A stretch of DNA of 64,000 nt from Mobula hypostoma (lineage: Eukaryota): the NCBI RefSeq assembly GCF_963921235.1, contig NC_086097.1:231882001-231946000 (forward strand), read 5' to 3'. Below, piece after piece: positions 51,535 through 64,000 of the stretch. The notes beneath the pieces are model-generated. The model was given only the letters and a program-made list of their open reading frames with translations, had not been told where the DNA came from and did no database searches. Both the position numbers and the translations under genes were made by a program. Numbering within the stretch: position 1 is the stretch's first letter; each line of letters opens with the position of its first letter.

Positions 51535-52096
51535 AGTCTGCTTGTGGTGTAAATATTGAGGCTTTGGCAAAGATATGTGCGATCGAGAATCTCCAGAGGG
51601 GAAGACCCCAAATCCTCGGCTTTGCCTATTGCCTGTTGCTGGGGTCGGGGTCGAAGCGCTCGGGAGAGATGGTGCTCGGTGCTCGGTGTCAGAGAGCTGG
51701 TCGGAGGCTCGGAGTTTTCGGACGGACTCGGAGTTGGACTGTGGTCGGATGCTTCCAGTATGTTGCATCGGCAAGTTGGTGGCGCTGGAGGTTCACCGTC
51801 TACGTGAGATGATGGGACTTTCGAGAGACTTTGAGTTATTCGACGATTTCATTATTTTCAAGACAAGACTTTGAGACTTTTACCGTGCCATGGTCTGTTC
51901 TTATCAAATTACGGTATTGCTTTGCACTGTTGTGACTATATGTTATAATTAGTGGTTTTTGTTAGTTTTTAAGTCGGTTTGTCATGTGTTCCTGTGATAT
52001 CATTCTGGAAAAACATTGTATCATTTCTTAACGCATGCATTACTAAATGACAATAAAAGAGGACAGCGTGTCCTCATAATCTACTCTAATCTAATC
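51535..52096 (+). mobile_element. Non-autonomous short retroposon, copy 3 (5'-truncated)
   Basis: Collinear with about 9975-10518; (TAATC)n tail. Confidence 0.8.
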
Positions 52097-52099
52097 TTT

Positions 52100-52600
52100 T
52101 ACTTTCCCCTGTAGTTTTGGTGGTTTAGAGATGGCAGTCATGCTCCTCCTGTGAATGTGGGAAATAAGAGAACCTTGCAGTGTCCATGGTATTTCAGATG
52201 AGAACAGTAGCAGCGGTCAGATCTGTGGCAAAATGACTGGCTCTGATGTACAGCAGGAAAGAGTGGAGGTAAAGAGAGCTGTAGTGAAAGGAGATTCAAT
52301 AGAAACAGGGCCAGACGGGAGAACAAGACTTCAGGATCACATGTTGCTCCCTGGGCCCTCTGAGCAGTTGTAGAATAATCTCAGGGGGAAGAACGAACAG
52401 CTGGAGCTCACTTTGGTACCAATGACAGAGGTAGAAGAAGGTATGAGGTCCTGCAGTGTAAACAAGGAGTTAGTCAGAAGGTTAAAGAGCGGTAATCTCT
52501 GGATAACTCCCAGTGCCACATGCTACTGAGGCAAGCCAAATAATGATAGGGTGATGAGTGTGTAGTTGAGGATCTGGTGCAGGATAAAGGACATGGATTA
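52100..52600 (+). mobile_element. Decayed CR1 ORF1 remnant
   Basis: RAVVKGDSI and ttggtaccaatgac (GTND) esterase motifs. Confidence 0.6.
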
Positions 52601-53045
52601 GAGGAGCTTAACCAAAACTTTCTGCCCCCATAACCATCTATAATTCGAACCTTGGACTGAGTGTTAAATGTTTGCTCCCACAAAAGCTTAAACAACATCC
52701 TGAACTTTCAGCCCTCTGTCACACCTGGGAATTTCATAATCTGAGTGTAATAGCAATAGGTTCCACGTGAGCTTCAAGAGCTCGTAACTACTGATGGGGA
52801 TTGTTGTGTTCTTTATATTCATACGTACCGTGGGTTACTAATAAAGAACCATCCGCTGTTTAAACTAGAACTTCTATTTAACAACAACCACAACGTTTTT
52901 ACAATACCATGTTTCTCGATCTTTCTATCATCCCTGCGCATGCTCAGAACTCTCTCCAATCATGTTCTTACACATCATATCACCACATCTTCCTTTCCTT
53001 AAAAAGAAAAACAGTTAGCAACATTGACCAGAGCAAATGCATAAT

Positions 53046-56000
53046 TTAACATATGTCTATCAGTCTCTCTGGGGGGTTATGAACACAATTAGACCTTCTA
53101 AGTGGTTCACACAGTTCTTGCGTTTCATTGTTATTTCCATGTTTTGTCTGGTCCACATCAGTCAACTGAAACTCTGAAGTTGGCTCTTTCTTGAGGTCTT
53201 TGTGATTTCTTCTTAACACTGCTCCTTCTTCTGTTTGGACCATGTATGATCTGGGTTGTACTTCTTCAAGTTCTGTAGCTTTCTGGTCCATGTGTTCATT
53301 TTGTCTTGTATCCTTACTTCATCTCCTTGGTGCAGTTCAGGTAATGGATGAGAACATCTGTCAAAATATATTTTCTGCTTTCCTTTGTGTTTATCTTTCT
53401 ATCTTTTCACTTGTTCACCTCCCTTTGTTCTCAGAAGGCTCTCATCAGTCGGCAGATTGGATCTCAAATAGCATCCCATTAAGAGCTGAGCAGGTGAAGA
53501 TCCACATTCAAGTGGAGTACTGTGATAGGTTCATGAGCAAAATGTCTCATGCATTCACCATTGAATTGTGGACCATTGTCTGTGAGATCTTCATCAGGTA
53601 CACCATGTCTGGAAAAAACTGATTTCATGCATGTAATTATATTCTCCGCTGTTGTTCTGTTCAGATCACACACTTCAGGATACAATGAGCATTAATCTGT
53701 TATGAATAGATAATCTTTGTTGTCAGTTACAAAAAGATCAATGCCTACCTTCTGATAAGGTCTCTGAGGACTAGGATGTGGATGTAGTGGCTCCTTAGGG
53801 TTGCTAGGTTGGTATTTAAGGCATATTTGACAAGAAGACACCAATTCTGTAATTTCTTGATTCATCCTGGGCCAAAACATCACTTCCCGCGCCCTTCTCT
53901 TACACTTTTCAATACCTAGGTGGCCTTCATGAACTTTCCCAAACATTTCTTTTCAGAGACTTTTAGGAATCACAATTCTGCTACCTTTGTACAATATGCC
54001 ATCCACAACAGAAATTTCTCATCTGTGGTTCCAATATTCTTGTACTTCTAAGGTACAGTCATGCTTATTATCTGGCCATCCATCCATCACCACTTGTATT
54101 ACCCAACTGAGGATTTTGTCCTTCTGTCTCAAGACGCAGCAGTTCCAACTTTTCGGGAGCAACAGGAACAGTCTCTATGATCATATCAACAAATGCCTGA
54201 ACATCAACAGCATCCCTGTGAATGCCTTTTGCTGTTGGATCCACAGCTCTGGAAAGTGTGTCAGTGATGTACATGAATTTTCCAGGTGTGTATGACACAT
54301 TCAATACATATATTTGCAATTTGATCATCATTCGCAAAGGACAGTCACTTAAAGGTTTGTGAAACAATGCAATCAACGGCTTATGATCGGTTTCGACCTC
54401 AATAGATTGCCCTGACACAAACTGATTAAATCTCTCGCAAGCAAACATAATGCTGAGCAATTCTTTTTCAATTTGGGCATACCTTGCTTCTGGATCAGAT
54501 AATGAACAGGGTGCAGATGCCAGTGGTAGCCACTCCTGCTCATGTTTCTGGAGTAATACTGCCCCTAAGCCTGCTTGAGATGCATCACATGAGATTTTGA
54601 TGGGTCTCTGAGCATCATAGAATTTCAACATACATTCTTTAGTGAGTACTTTCTTGAGATCTTGCCATATCTTCTCCTGTTCATGATTCCAGCTACATTT
54701 GTTTTTATTTTTTGTTAGCTGTCTCAATGGAGCAAGTTGTTCCCAAAGATTGGGTATAAATTTTCCCATGTAGTTGACCAATCCCATGAACATTTGAACA
54801 TCCTTTTTACACTGCGGTCTTGGCATGTTCTCAATAGCAGAATTCTTCAATGGATCAGGACGCACACCCTTATTGCTGGTGATATCACCCACAAAGGTAA
54901 GTTCAGTCACTCCTAGCTGACATTTGTCCTTATTCAACTTCAGGTTTGCCTTGCATGTTGCCTCAAAGACTTGTCTGAGTTTGGCATCATGCTCTTGTTT
55001 GGATGATCCCCGAACAATAATATCATCCATGGAAGTATCCACGCCCTCAATGTGCTCATAGAGCATGTGACATGTGAATGGTTTTATGGTACACTTCAGG
55101 AGCTGATGTAATTCCAAACGGAAGCCGCAGAAAACAATATCTGGCAAAAGGAGTGTTAACGTTACACAACTTTGAACTCGGTTCATCTAGTTTAAGTTGC
55201 CAGAAACCAGAGGATGCGCCTAATTTACTAAAGTACTTTGCATTAGCAAACTGTGACATAATTTCTTACCAGTAGGCAATTTGAAATGCTCGCTTTTAAT
55301 GGCTCGATTCAAATCTCTTGGATCTAAGCAAATCCTCAGTTTTCCATTTTTCTTATCAACAATGACAAGTGCATTGACCCATTCAGCTGGTTCATCAATT
55401 TTTTTATGACTCCTAGCCGTTCCATTCTGTCAAGCTCTGTTTTCAGTTGATGACATAATGCAAAAGGCACTTTTCTATATGGATGTACTACGGGTGGCAC
55501 TGCGTTATCAATTTTAATCATGTGCTCTCCTGGAAGACAACCAAGCCCTTTGAACAAGTCTTCATACTCTTTCATCAAGTCACTGTATTCTGAATCTGTG
55601 TCACTGTCCAGGAGTAATACTCGTTTCACCAAATTCAGTCTCTCACAGGCAGATAAACCCAGTAATGACTGTACATTCTTTGGCACCACCACAAATGAAA
55701 GTGCGTACACAATATTTTTGTGTGATACTTTGGCCACACGCGTTCCTTTAACTGGAATGTCTGTACCTGAATACCCAGTCACTTTTATATTTGTCCTATG
55801 TAACTTTGGTCTTGGCTTTAATGCATTAAACTCAGATTCTGCAAGAACATTCATTTGTGCTCCAGTATCAAGATTAAACAGAATATTGTTTTGGTTCACT
55901 TGCAGTGGAATAGTCCAGTCATTCTTACTTTGTTTGTTTTCACAAAGCACATCTATATAAAACTCCTCAAGTTCATTTTCAAGCACTGCATTTGCTTGTT

Positions 56001-56751
56001 TTATTTTCTTTCTACTTCTGCAACAGCATGAAAAATGATTACTCTTACTGCAGTCGTTGCACAATTTGCCATACGCTGGACACTGTTTTGGCCCACAGCA
56101 ATCACATAGCTTTTTTCTCTCAGATGACGTCTTGCTCTCTGTCGGTTTTGTTATTGTTTTATTATTTTTTCTAACATGTTCGCGCTTCCTCACAGCGTCT
56201 ACGTTGCAGTTCTCAATGAAAAGTTCTTTAGCCTGTGACATCACGGTTTCTGAAGCTTTGCAGTGCAACAAAGTTTCTTCCAAGTCTAGGTCTTGTTCTC
56301 TTAACAGTCTTTCTCTCAGACCATTATCCTGAATACCACAAACAATTCTGTCTTTAATAAGAGAGTCTGTCAGTTCTCCAAACTCGCATATTTTACTCCA
56401 TTGTCTCAACTCAGTAACATATTGATCAATAGTTTCACCAGCTCTCTGCGTACATGTAAAAAATCTATGCCACTTGTACATCACATTACGCTTCAGTATA
56501 CAAAATGCTTCAAATTTGTCCATTATTGATTTTAACTTTAAATTATCTCCATTTTCAAAAATAAAATGATTATATACCTCAACTGCGTCGTCACCTATTA
56601 CGTGGAGTAGAAGCGCAGCTTTTGCTTCTTCCAGTTTTCGATCCACATCGATCATCAATAAATACAATTCAAAACGTTGCTTAAATTTCCTTCAGTTCTC
56701 AGCTACATTCCCAGACAATTGAAGTGTTGATGGAGGCTGCAAACCTTCCAT
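53046..56751 (-). pseudogene. gag-pol polyprotein with stops and frameshifts
   Basis: IKDRIVCG, CPAYGKLC..C...HF..CC, LDTGAQ, LPFGITSAPE, SMDDII, CDASQAGLG, HEGHLG..KC, TDNGPQF. Confidence 0.92.
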
Positions 56752-56850
56752 TTGTAAAACTGTTAGCAACACCAAAACAGTTCGAACTCTTTTTTCAGAA
56801 AATTTTCTTCGATTCTCCCGTGTTAGGAGACATATTATTCTTCTAGACCG

Positions 56851-56863
56851 ACTTCTGACACCA
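56851..56863 (-). promoter_or_regulatory. Primer-binding site, tRNA-Leu type
   Basis: TGGTGTCAGAAGT directly after the 5' LTR; complementary to a tRNA-Leu 3' end (...ACUUCUGACACCA). Confidence 0.8.
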
Positions 56864-57534
56864 TGTTGTGTTCTTTATATTCATACGTACCATGGGTTAC
56901 TAATAAAGAACCATTATCTGTTTAAACTAGAACTTTTATTTAACAACAACCACAACGTGTTTACAATACCATGTTTCTCGATCTTTCTATAATCCCTGTG
57001 CATGCTCAGAACTCTCTCCAATCACGTTCTTACACGTCATATCATCACAGGGATTGCTTCCTGTCAATTAATTCCAATCCAGCCATCTTCTTTATGATTT
57101 ATTATAAATGGGCCGAGGGTGAAAGTGCTCACGATGTTTACTCAAAGAGGTCAAAGGGTTCTGAGGAAGGCTGCTGGTTTCTAGCATTATCACTGCTGGA
57201 ATTGGGGAAGAGTGATCAGCATAAGGGGACTGCTGGCTGAGAGGGTGAGTGGTGGTGGGCAGACCAGTCTTAAAGCGGGCAAATAGCTGGCATGTGGAGG
57301 GAGAAAGTTGGACAGAGGACAAGGGAGAGCAGGGGAACTGAGGAGAAATGGAAGGGGGAAGACCAAGAGTGTCAACTAGTAAAAGGGGAACAATTAGGGA
57401 AAATGGGGGAAGTGGTCCAAAGATGGAGGGCACCAGGGAAGGAGGGAGCAAAGGGGGAAGGTGAGGAAAAGGGCATGGTCAATGTTCTGTGTCTGTGTCC
57501 ATATCTCCCTGTTTCTATGTGCACATGAACACAC

Positions 57535-57542
57535 AGTATGTA

Positions 57543-57585
<43 letters not shown>

Positions 57586-57666
57586 CTGTGTGTGTGGGTG
57601 TGTGTGTGTGTCTGTGTGTGTGTATATCTGTGTGTGTGTCCGTGTGTGTGTGTGTGTGTGTGTGTA

Positions 57667-57702
<36 letters not shown>

Positions 57703-57745
57703 CGCGCATGTGTGTTCCCTGCACTTACGTATGTCTGCGTCTGTG

Positions 57746-57780
<35 letters not shown>

Positions 57781-57808
57781 ACACGCGCATGTGTGTTCCA
57801 TGCACTTA

Positions 57809-57842
<34 letters not shown>

Positions 57843-57903
57843 CGCGCGCATGTCTGTTCCATGCACTTACGTATGTCTGCGTCTGTGTCCGTGTGTGTGT
57901 GTG
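57535..57903. repeat. Compound (TG)n microsatellite with higher-order units
   Basis: TG runs punctuated by TATC and three copies of acgcgcatgtgtgttcc.tgcactta. Confidence 0.97.
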
Positions 57904-59120
57904 CATTGGAAAGCTGGGCTTGTGTAGCAGAGCCTAGCCTCGAATTGCTCCGGATTCTTTGCCATTGGGACAAAACCTCACCATGGCAAGTCCACATTAC
58001 CATTGCTGTGCAAAGCACTCTGCCCGTTAAACATCTGCACACAGGTATCTTCCACCCTTCAAAACTGGAGTGGAAGGAAGCCACCCCAAGCTGAGAGACT
58101 GTCTAAGAAAGAATGGAAGGCTGTTCATTTAAATGCATAAAGCCAACACTCAATTTAATGGTATGATGAGTACACTGGAATTTTGCTAGAATGAAATTCA
58201 CACTCCTGGGATTCATTATAAAGTAAAGAAATAGAATAGAACCACTCTGAAGTTGATTTCTATATGAAGCTAATAGGAAATAGTTTCTAGCTTGTTATGG
58301 ATATTGTATAGAAAACACAGTCTCAGAAATGGCTTTATTAGTGGTGCTTGACTCGTAACTTACTTGCAGCTATCAAACAGTAGTCTTACGTTGTACATAA
58401 TTGCTGAAGGTCTGTCCTACCCACTAATAGATCACAAAATCATATGATGTTAGGCAAACACCATTCACATTCATTAAGCATTGAAACGTGTCAGGGTAAG
58501 GAGACCCTGTGGCCTTTGGGGCTTTTAGTAATGTAAGCAGAATTTTCCCATGGCTGAGAGAGAGACAGGTGTTTGCTTTTCCTTTTCGTCTCTGTTGGTA
58601 CCAGGCGGTTGTATAGTACAGAGCCAGTTATTTCTATAAAGCCACACCAAGTTACATCAACATTAATTTGAATCTATCCATTCATTAACTAAAGCATTCT
58701 TTTATAATTTGTTCATTGAGTACATATAAGCAGTGTCATTTTTATAACCCAACAAGGTAAACTCCCTCTCCTTGGCTCTATTGGGATTATTATCACAATT
58801 GCTTTACTTTTCACTTATAATGATTCCACATGTATTTCCATTTTATATAACAAAATAGATTGTGTGATGAATAGATCCATTCATTCAAAGTCAAACATTA
58901 TTGCTCAGACCAACAGAGGTATTTCACTGCATTTTCTTGGTTGTTCATGGCAGAGGTCCCTTAACAATCTTAAAGAAAATGTCTGAAGACCAGGTATGGA
59001 AATTCAACTGACACACTTAGGAATTCATGGGAATCCAAGCATGCGGATTTGTACCAGGTAGCTCATGATCCATTATAATGAGAACTATGGTGAGACAAGT
59101 TCTGACAGGTCCTTGATGTA

Positions 59121-60625
59121 CACTCAGTGGCCACTTTATTAGGTACACCTGCACACCTGCTCATTAAGGCAAATCTCTGATCAGCCAGCCATGTGGCTGT
59201 CATGGTCCGGATCGGGGTCTCTTTAAATTTACTTTGTTTATGTTACGATCTGGACCGTTGACTCCCTGTTTCCCTTTGGTTCCCTGTTTTCCCGTGTCCC
59301 TCGGCCTTGGTGATTAGAGGCAATTTACTCTCTGCTGAACCGGTAGTTTATAGTCTCTGGCTTTCAGCTGTTCGGCGTGAGAGCATCTGCAAAGTCACCA
59401 AAGGTACGGCGTGCCAATGTCATCTGGCCGGAGCAAGCCTAGTCTCTGCCCGAAGTGAGTGCCGGTAATTCGCCTTTCCTCACCGGAACAACCCTGTCAA
59501 GTTACCTCGCCAAAGCGAGCCTGCGAAGTTTTCTCACCAAGGTGGGTCCGTCAGTTAACCCACCGGAGAGAATCAAGAGCTGCTGTCTACAGTTCCCGGG
59601 CTGAGTCGAGAGCTCGCCGCTACCCGGAGGCTCCAAGTCAGGTCCCAGCTCCAGGGGCATTCAAGTACCAAGTCAAATCCCGTCCCTGGCGGCATCCACG
59701 TACCGAGTCAAATCCCGTCCCTGGCGGCATCCAAGTTCTGAGACGAGTCCTGGCCCTGGCGGCATCCAAGTTCCGAGTCAAATCCTGGCCCTGGCAGTCT
59801 GTGATTCCTGTCCTACCCCCCTGTCTGAATCCCTTCTCTGCCCCTCTCACCTCTTGCCCTCGTCTGCAGTCCTCGCCTGCACTTCGGTCTAGTTCTATCG
59901 CCGGAGCTAGATAGGTACCGTCTGGTGTTCTTCCGTGTTGGTCTTGTCTTGTCCTCACCTCCGTGGGGTAAGTCAGACTGTCTTGCCGTTGCCCCGCGGG
60001 GGGTTATGAGTCCCGGCCCTATGTCCTGTACCCAAAGAGGGGTCCCGAACTCTGTGTTCTGTGTATGTGTTCATGGTTCCATGTACCTGCTCTCCCGAGA
60101 CCAAGGCTCTGTGTTCCCATGTTCCTCCTCTCCCTAGCCCATGTCATGTCCATGCCTGGTTCTGGGGTCTGAGCCCGAGGCAACACCCAGGTACTGGACC
60201 CTTACCCAGTCTCTGGCTTGGAGTCCATACCGTAGCCTCTTCATGTCGCCTCTAGTTCTGGAATCCTGTTCCGAGTCCTAGCCCAGACACTTGTCCCAGC
60301 CTAGTCATAGTCCTGAATCGTTGTCCGGTTTGCTATTCCTGCTCCTGCTTTGCTCTCCTGGTATCAAACAATAAACTGAATTTACTTAACCTCACAAGAT
60401 GTGTCTTGAATTTGGGTCCACCCTTGCTCCCAATGCTCCCCCACTGTGACAGTGGCAGCAACTCAATGCATAATGTATCAATGCAGTCAAGAGGTTCACT
60501 TGTTGTTCAGATCAAACATCAGAATGGGGAAGAAATGTGACTTAAGTGACTTTGACCATGGAATTGGTGCCAGATGGGGTGGCTTGAGTATCTCACAAAC
60601 AGGTGATCTCTTGCACAACTCTCTC
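59121..60625 (+). mobile_element. Tc1-like transposon 5' remnant interrupted by a solo LTR
   Basis: TA|cactcagtggccactttattaggtacacc terminus; MGKKCDLSDFD..GARWGGLSISQT transposase start. Confidence 0.75.
59198..60451 (+). mobile_element. Long solo LTR (1254 bp)
   Basis: TGTCA...TGACA; TSD GTGGC at 59193-59197 and 60452-60456; AATAAA at 60370; internal tandem repeats. Confidence 0.88.
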
Positions 60626-60940
60626 AATATATATAGCACAGATAAGGATAGAGTTTTCCATGATTACATTTGCCGAGGACTATATCCTGCTCAATATCTG
60701 CTTTATTAAACAGCAGGGCATGCTTGGACTGAAATTTTTTTCTTTAAACAGCTTCACCAGAAGTATGAATATTAGTTGCAATTCTTTTTCGCCTCTTGTA
60801 CAATTGCCCATAAGTGGTACTTACCTATACCTCGCATACCTACCATTACTAGGGAATCCTCCTAATATTGTGATTTCAACAAGCATAATAATGCTACTCA
60901 CAAAAAAGCACATTTCTGCTGAATATTAGTGTGTGTTAGA

Positions 60941-61200
60941 CCCTGCTGGTGGCGTAGTGGCATCAGCATCGGACTTCGGGACAAAAGGTCCCGAGTTCGA
61001 ATCCAGCCGGCTCCCCTGCACACTTTCCATCCATGCAGGGTTACGAGCAGGTGATCTCTTTGGAAACTCACCCGGCAGAAGGCAATGGCAAACCACTGCC
61101 GTAACTTGCCTCGTACGCAGTTCCCCACTGCGTCAGAGAGGCGTGGAGGGAAATCGGCCGCTAACCGGAGAAACTCTGGATGCAACGTACATTTCCTTTA
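60941..61200 (+). mobile_element. tRNA-derived SINE
   Basis: A box TGGCGTAGTGG, B box GAGTTCGAATCC; related to 4420-4676. Confidence 0.75.

Positions 61201-61202
<2 letters not shown>

Positions 61203-61247
<45 letters not shown>
61203..61247. repeat. (TG)n microsatellite
   Basis: Pure TG run. Confidence 0.97.
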
Positions 61248-61248
<1 letters not shown>

Positions 61249-61292
61249 TGTCTGTCTATACCTGTATGTATATGTTCATATGCCAAGGGGAA

Positions 61293-61545
61293 TAGCACAG
61301 TAGTGTGGTGGTTAACACAATGCCTTACAGTACCAGCAACACGGTTCAATTCACACGGATGCTGGTAAGGAGTTCTCCCCGTGACTGTGCTGGTTTCCTC
61401 CGGGTGCTCCAGTCTCCTTCCACAATCCGAAGACGTACCAGTTGGTAGGTTAAGTGGTCATTGTAAATTGTCCTGTGATTAGGCTAGGATTAAATCGGGG
61501 GTTGCCGGGTGGCGTGACTCGAAGGGCTGTATCTCGATAAATAAA
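61293..61545 (+). mobile_element. HE1/V-SINE-like copy
   Basis: ggttcaattc B-box-like; ggtttcctccgggtgctcc V-domain; AATAAA-rich end. Confidence 0.72.
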
Positions 61546-61709
61546 AAGGTTACGGGGCACCATTCAGATAGAGATGTCAACAGTCCATCATTGCAAAGAG
61601 CTGGAGGTATGCAGAGGATCAAGCACCCACTGGGCAATCATCAGACACGGCCAATGTCAGTGATGACAACATATCCCCACATGGCACTCAGATGGAAGAA
61701 GATGTCCCA

Positions 61710-62626
61710 CATTAGATAGGTGGAGGGGCCGGTAGTGCTGAGGAAACAGAGAGTCTGCGGAGAGACTTGGATAGATTGGAAGAGTGAGCAAAAAAGTGAC
61801 AAATGAAATACAATGTTGGAAAGTGTATGATTATGCACTTTGGCAGAAGAAATAAACAGGCCAACTATTACTTAAATGGGGAGAGAATTCAAAGTTCTGA
61901 GATGCAACGGGACTTGGGAGTCCTCATGCAGGATACCCTTAAGGTTAACCCCCAGGCTGAGTCGGTGGTGAAGAAGGCGAGTGCAATGTCAGCATTCATT
62001 TCTGGAGGAATAGAGTATAGGAGCAGGGATGTGATGTTGGGAGGCTCTATAAGGCCCTGGTAAGACCTCACTTGGAGTATTGTGGGCAGTTTTGGGCTCC
62101 TTATTTAAGAAAGGATGTGCTGACGTTGGAGAGAGTACAGAGAAGATTCACTAGAATGATTCCAAGAATGAGAGGGTTAACATATGAGGAACGTTTGTCC
62201 GCTCTTGGACTGTATTCCTTGGAGTTTAGAAGAATAAGGGGGGACCTCATAGAAACATTTCGAATGTTGAAAGGCATGGACAGAGTGGATGAGGCCAAGT
62301 TGTTTCCCATGATGGGGGAGTCTAGTACGAGAGGGCATGACCTGGATTGAAGGGCGCCCATTCAGAACAGAGATGCGAAGAAATTTTTTTAGCCAGAGGG
62401 TGGTGAATCTATGGAATTTGTTGCCACGGGCGGCAGTGGAGGCCAAGTCATTGGGTGTATTTAAGGCAGAGATTGATAGGTATCTGAGCAGCCAGGGCAT
62501 CAAAGGTTATGGTGAGAAGGGAGGGGAGTGGGACTAAATGGGAGAATGGATCAGCTCATGATAAAATGGCGGAGCAGACTCGATGGGCAGAACGGCTGAC
62601 TTCTGCTCCTTTGTCTTATGGTCTTA
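61710..62626 (+). mobile_element. Older CR1 3' region
   Basis: KYNVGKCMIMHFG, EYCGQFWAPYLRKD, NFFSQRVVNLWN; tcttatggtctta tail. Confidence 0.9.
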
Positions 62627-63632
62627 TTAGAGGAACAGAAGCCAGCTCAGGAAAAAGATGAAAGAAGCCCAGTGAATGGAAGAAGGTATGGAGACACAGA
62701 TGATGTACCACACAATGTACAGTGAGAACCACAAGAGACCATAACCGGTACGGACAGATCAGGAAAAGCAGTCTGTCAAAACAAGCATCTAAAAATTAAA
62801 GGTCCACTTTTCTAAATTCCAGAAGTTCTTTTACTCTTTTTGCTTTTCTTTCATAGAAAGGGCACTGCAACAGATGTGTCTATAGTAAATCTGAAAGCAA
62901 TAATGAAAATATCATGTGATTAGATGCTCTCTGTATGGTTGCTACAATATTCAGTATGAACATTCTAGAGATTACCTATGTGTGTGGAAGAACACCACTG
63001 TGGAAAATGCTCTTCTGACACTGTAAACCCTTTTATTTATTTGTACCCTTATTAGTGGTTTTAATTACCAATAATTTGCAGTATTTTCAAGAAGGATACT
63101 TTAAGGCCCTACAACTACATTATTCACAAGCATAACATACACTACTCCAACTTTATGTTTCTGTGAACAACCTCATTGTTCCTTGTTTCCCTGCATGTCT
63201 GTTGGGATTCATGAACAACATCATAAACCAATGACTCTACAACTCATATCGTCAATCATTCTTTATGGGGTTTGTAAATGGCATGTCTGCTGTGAGGAAA
63301 CTTGACCCTGAAATCAAAGGTGAAGCTCCTGAAGGTCAACCAGGATTTCCCAACAAATCCAGTATCTCTCGATCTCAGCTTTTCCTGCTGTTGAGTCAAA
63401 CTGCTACCAGGCTTGGTGTGATTTCAGAGCCTACTTACTTAAAATACTGCATGAGTACAAAACTAATTTATCTTCTTTCGTGGAAAGTCAGCTTACATCG
63501 CTGCACGCATCCAGAATCCAGAATCTCAGAAGTCCACAAAGCTGCAAAATCAGAATCAAAATCAGGTTTATTATCACTGACAGACAGTATGTCATGAGGT
63601 TTGTTGTTCTGCCACAGTGGTTTAGTACAATA

Positions 63633-64000
63633 CTTAGATTAGAAGACACGCAGTCCCCTGTTATTGTCATTTAGTAATGCATGCATTAAGAAATGATACA
63701 TTATTTCCTCCGGTGTGATATCACAAAACACAGGACAAACCAAGACTGAAAAAACTGACAAAAACCACATAATTATACGTATAGTTACAAACAGTGCAAC
63801 AATACCATAACTTGATGAAGAAGTCCGTGAGCACAGTAAAGTTCAAAGTTTCTCAAATGTCCCACATCTCACGCAGACGGGAGAAGGAAGAAAATCTCTC
63901 CCTGTCATGCCGACCACAATCCGACTCTGAGTCATCCGAAAACTTCAAGCTCTGATCAGCTCTCCGACACCGAGTACTGAGCAGCATTTCTGTCCGAACG
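63633..64000 (-). mobile_element. Non-autonomous short retroposon, copy 4 (runs off the window)
   Basis: Near-identical to 47097-47465. Confidence 0.8.

Larger units (their letters stand above)
52802..57049 (-). mobile_element. Complete but disrupted Gypsy provirus (non-chromoviral, K02A2.6/Mag-like)
   Basis: 186-bp LTRs 52802-52987 and 56864-57049 (11 differences counted), TSD GGGAT, PBS TGGTGTCAGAAGT, PPT AAGGAAAGGAAGA. Confidence 0.96.

Noticed and set aside
57372..58094. His/Thr- and Cys/Val-rich ORFs
   Set aside because: They are translations of the TG microsatellite.
59640..59800. CRISPR-like repeat array
   Set aside because: These are imperfect tandem units without unique spacers, inside an LTR in eukaryotic DNA.
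60941..61015. Functional tRNA gene
   Set aside because: A and B boxes are present but it runs on into a repeat body shared with 4420-4676, so it is a SINE head.

Overview
Eukaryotic, transposon-saturated, apparently non-genic (intronic or intergenic) vertebrate DNA. The repeat mix suggests a cartilaginous fish, probably a ray (inference): CR1 LINEs with a (TTTCTATG)n tail, HE1/V-SINE-like SINEs, Rex1/Babar LINEs and Penelope-like fragments. No host protein-coding exon was recognised. Every long ORF comes from a transposable element or is the antisense shadow of one. Main content: (1) a four-level nest at 9.7-23 kb, in which a hAT element holds an old CR1 that holds both a full-length young CR1 and a solo LTR, itself carrying another young CR1; (2) a Tf1/Sushi-type chromovirus at 35.2-44.7 kb with a self-priming PBS, whose pol core is inverted between two near-identical, oppositely oriented CR1 copies; (3) a second complete Gypsy provirus at 52.8-57.0 kb with TSD, tRNA-Leu PBS and PPT; (4) solo LTRs, an L1 with a 15-bp TSD, Tc1 and MITE remnants, and a four-copy non-tRNA short retroposon. 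Most notable signals: a correctly phased U_UUA_AAC -1 frameshift heptamer joining CR1 ORF1 to an AUG-less ORF2, the CR1-flanked inversion, the self-priming complement, and minimal hammerhead-like cores in Penelope termini. Coordinates were read by eye, so boundaries of old, decayed elements are approximate.
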